Virus record (IMG/VR): IMGVR_UViG_3300031813_000003
Coordinates: 128,001 to 192,000 of that record
Strand: one strand, 5' to 3'
From: a virus
Taxonomy: Duplodnaviria > Caudoviricetes
Length of the DNA stretch: 64,000 nucleotides
How positions within the stretch are numbered: the first letter of the stretch is position 1; every line of letters begins with the position of its first letter. A program made the translations under genes and the position numbers. Below, piece after piece: positions 60,873 to 64,000 of this stretch. The notes beneath the pieces were generated by a model. That model worked only from the letters and a program-made list of their open reading frames with translations. It made no database searches and was not told the DNA's origin.

Positions 60873-61613
60873 CTATCGAACAAGTATAAGCTTATGAGTT
60901 AGTATTTCATCTATCATAGGTTCTTTGTAATATGGTATCCTTAATAATTCAATATTGTTATTAATACACCATGATGTTTTGATATTATCTCTTTTAATAG
61001 TATTATTAAAATCTTTTAGTTGGGTTGTATCGCTTTTATCTGAACCAAAACTTCTAGACTCAAAGTGTTGAATTCCATCAAATTCTATACAAATATTATG
61101 ATCTGGAAGATAAAAATCAAATGGCAATGGACGTTTATCTTTACAAGTAGTAAATCTTTGTTGATGTTTATATTCAACTTTATGTTCGTCTAACCATTCA
61201 AGTATTTTTGACTCACCTTTAGATAGTTTACACTTTGGACAACCGCATCCATTAAGATGTGATCTAGCATTTTGATAAAAATCACCATGTTTAATGCAGG
61301 ATATGATAACATAATCCTTATCTAAATTATATTCAGATTTGGTATAACTATATTTGTTATTATGAACTTTATTTGCTTTCTGTATAAACTCAGTTAAAGA
61401 ACTTTTATTATATTTTGGTTTATCATAACCACAAAATCTACATCCAGACAAATGATTAGTAGCAAGAACTTCAAATTCACCATGTATTTTACAAATAACA
61501 ATAATTTTAGAATGTGAGCCTTTGTATATAGTTTTACTATAATCAAATTCTTCACCATGAATCTTTCTTGCTTTCTCAATAAATAGGTCTGTTGATATAA
61601 TTTTTGATACCAT
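60873..61613 (-). CDS. Homing endonuclease (DUF723-like repeats plus PD-(D/E)XK/Vsr-like domain), antisense
   Basis: Repeated F..KA..IHG..YDYSK...C.IHG; PFDFYLP...IEFDGIQH. Confidence 0.85.
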   Translation of the reverse strand: MVSKIISTDLFIEKARKIHGEEFDYSKTIYKGSHSKIIVICKIHGEFEVLATNHLSGCRFCGYDKPKYNKSSLTEFIQKANKVHNNKYSYTKSEYNLDKDYVIISCIKHGDFYQNARSHLNGCGCPKCKLSKGESKILEWLDEHKVEYKHQQRFTTCKDKRPLPFDFYLPDHNICIEFDGIQHFESRSFGSDKSDTTQLKDFNNTIKRDNIKTSWCINNNIELLRIPYYKEPMIDEILTHKLILVR

Positions 61614-61619
61614 TGGTAG

Positions 61620-61720
61620 TCTCCTGTAACTCTAAATAGAAGTGACGAGGACAGCAGTTTCCTGACTGTTGCTAGTGTGTTGTAGCACCTAGCTAACTCG
61701 TTATAATACTATTTATACAA
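61620..61720 (-). promoter_or_regulatory. Late promoter plus structured 5' leader, copy 2
   Basis: Similar to 34155-34258. Confidence 0.7.
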
Positions 61721-62722
61721 ATTTTGTAGAGGAATAAAAGATGGAAGAAGGATCAACATTTACTTTACCATGTGGCTGCACAACTGAAGTTGTTAACGGA
61801 AGACGTATAAACCTACTTTGTGAAGACCATGAAGAAGAGTACCAAGGCATGTTAAATGAACCATATCATTTCAAAAAAACAAAGATGCGAGTTACAAGGG
61901 AGAATTAAAAGTGGCAAAGGCTTATATTGGTTACACAAACAAGAACGGATCAATAAAATCCGTTGTGGTTGAGCAGGGTGGAGAAATTGACGAACTAGGG
62001 GTACAACTAAATGACTATTATCCAGATATGATGATGGTTAAACACTTGGTTCGAAACTCTATCTATGAAATAAAAGATGGTGATGTAGATTACACTGATC
62101 CTGTAGATGAATCCTCAGAAGACATGAACGCATATTCAGAATATGATAGCAAGGAAGACTTCATTGATGAAATGGAAGCTGACTGTTACTACTATCTATA
62201 CTGGCTCAACAAATGGGTTGTCTGTAAACCAAACTGCAATGAATTCCATGATCTGGAAACTGTAATTGAAGAGGAATTTTAATGCAGGAACTAAACAGTT
62301 TTATCCCCTCTGATCCAGATAATACCGCAAAATCTGATGGATATCAAAGAGCATTCGAAGACCTCACCAAAAATAAAGGTTTCAGTCCAGGGAAAGCTAG
62401 AAGATACCTTGATTCTATCGCCAAACGAAACCTTAAAAAATTCTTAAAGGATAGGGCAAAACGAAATGACAGTAAGTGAAATGAGAGAAGCAGGGTTCTC
62501 CCAAGCTGATATTAACCTTATACAATTTGATATTATAGATAGCGGGCCAAATTTAAGAAGACTTCATAAACATAAAGCTGCAATTAGAAATGCCCAATGT
62601 ACTATCAGAGATATGGAAAACGGATACCATTCTATTTAAATTTGACTTTATGTTCTCAATTGTGGTACAGTTATTATCATGTTGAGAACAAATTAACTAA
62701 CGAAAAGGAACAGAATAGCTTT

Positions 62723-63400
62723 ATGGCAAACTTTACCCCTGATGATAAAATCATCAAAATTATGGCAAACTTCGCTTCAATCAATCCCTCAATGCTTATC
62801 GAACCAGACAAACTAGCAGTTATGAACAACTCAAAGTCAGTCGTTGCCCGATATACATTCGATCCCGCCTTTACATTTGAACCATTTGGACTATATGATA
62901 CCCAAGATGCCCTTGGGATCATCAATGCTATGTCTAAGCCTGATATTGAAGTATATGACAAGTATATCAATATTGTTGGTGCAAATGATGATAAAGTCAG
63001 ATACTACACCACAGCTGCCAATCTTGTTCCTAAAGTTCCAGATGTTGGAATTGGATTCGCAAAACTACCAGTATTTCTAAATTTTGCTATCCCTGCAGAT
63101 AAACTTGCTATTATCCTTAAAATGTCTCAGATTCTAAAATCAAAATTCATTTTCTTTGAAACTGAAGGTAAACGAATTAGGGTAACAGTTGGGGATGAAC
63201 TTGAATCTTCTGGTAACAACTATGATATCATGATTCAAGATGGTATCACTGAAAATTGCCTTGATACAGTTGTACAAATTCCTTTGATTGACTTCAAAAT
63301 CTTACCTGGGGAATACAACGTAACTATTGGCAAGAGAAGCACTAAATGGGAAAATCTCAATGGTGTTGTTTACTACATTTCAACTGCGGCTAAAAAATGA
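62723..63400 (+). CDS. DNA polymerase sliding clamp (gp45-like)
   Basis: NFASINPSM, FGLYD, YYT, ILPGEYNV; upstream of the clamp loader. Confidence 0.88.
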   Translation: MANFTPDDKIIKIMANFASINPSMLIEPDKLAVMNNSKSVVARYTFDPAFTFEPFGLYDTQDALGIINAMSKPDIEVYDKYINIVGANDDKVRYYTTAANLVPKVPDVGIGFAKLPVFLNFAIPADKLAIILKMSQILKSKFIFFETEGKRIRVTVGDELESSGNNYDIMIQDGITENCLDTVVQIPLIDFKILPGEYNVTIGKRSTKWENLNGVVYYISTAAKK

Positions 63401-63536
63401 TAGAAACAGCTGAAATAAAATGTACCAATTGTGGTCAAATTTATAATGTGATTGTTCTAGAGGGTACGAAAGTTCCTCTAGGAACTTTCATTTGTCCAAC
63501 ATGTGGAACTAAATTTAAAGTATAAGGGATTTATGA

Positions 63537-64000
63537 ATGGAACAAATTGGCAATTCCAGTCTTTGGGAATATAAATATACACCAACTACAGTAAAAGACC
63601 TGATCCTCCCAACTAAAGTCAGAACACTTTTTGAAGGATTCATAAAAGATGGTGAAGTAGATAATCTATTACTATCAGGGACAGCTGGACTTGGTAAAAC
63701 AAGTTCTGCTAAAGCTCTTGTACACGATCTAAAATCAGACTTTCTCTTTATCAATGGATCAATTGAGACAAGTATTGATGTAATCAGATACAAAGTTCAA
63801 CAGTTTGCAACGTCAAACTCTTTTTCTGATGGGAAAAAAGTTGTAATCATAGACGAAATTGATAGAATGCAAGCTGCCCAAGATGGATTGAAATCTCTAT
63901 CTGAAGAAACTGAATCAAATTGTAGATTCATATTTACTACAAATAATCTACACAAGATCATTGCTCCTATTATTTCAAGAAATAAACACATTAGCTTTAA
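63537..64000 (+). CDS. Clamp loader large subunit (gp44-like), partial
   Basis: LWEYKYTP, GTAGLGKT, IIDEID, RFIFTTN; runs off the window. Confidence 0.92.
   Translation, partial: MEQIGNSSLWEYKYTPTTVKDLILPTKVRTLFEGFIKDGEVDNLLLSGTAGLGKTSSAKALVHDLKSDFLFINGSIETSIDVIRYKVQQFATSNSFSDGKKVVIIDEIDRMQAAQDGLKSLSEETESNCRFIFTTNNLHKIIAPIISRNKHISF

Noticed and set aside
1-64000. Genome-wide TAG reassignment (genetic code 15)
   Set aside because: Long genes are intact in code 11 and several end properly at TAG

Overview
This 64 kb, AT-rich, almost entirely plus-strand window comes from a large lytic myophage of the T4-like or jumbo type. A Geobacter-type MucR protein and two Geobacter PilA-N-like pilins suggest a host in Desulfobacterota (inference). 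Layout: end of a structural module (gp8-like baseplate, tail fibre, chaperone; 1-4.9 kb), topoisomerase II, and a long accessory region (NadM-Nudix, NadV, radical SAM enzymes, Tpt1/KptA, Rnl2-type ligase, PhoH, nucleotide enzymes, homing endonucleases). An ~11 kb RNA island follows (39.1-50.2 kb) with about 36 tRNAs, about 9 aberrant tRNA-like genes and several unassigned structured RNAs. The window ends with a TROVE-like/TerD gene, a PAAR-like gene, an SLT-like gene, a large radical SAM gene, the sliding clamp and the clamp loader. Best candidates for new biology: (1) six or seven copies of a covarying small RNA (AUACUUC...UUGAC, with anticodon-like loops) beside a ROT/TROVE-like-TerD protein; (2) an amber suppressor tRNA next to two ORFs with early in-frame TAG codons, one a Pth2-like hydrolase; (3) a 50-codon leader plus terminator whose peptide uses exactly the 18 amino acids of the downstream tRNAs; (4) tandem phage-encoded short type IV pilins; (5) rearranged or expanded tRNA-like RNAs. 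Several 1-nt indels in homopolymers suggest assembly errors. All calls are by eye; no searches were run.
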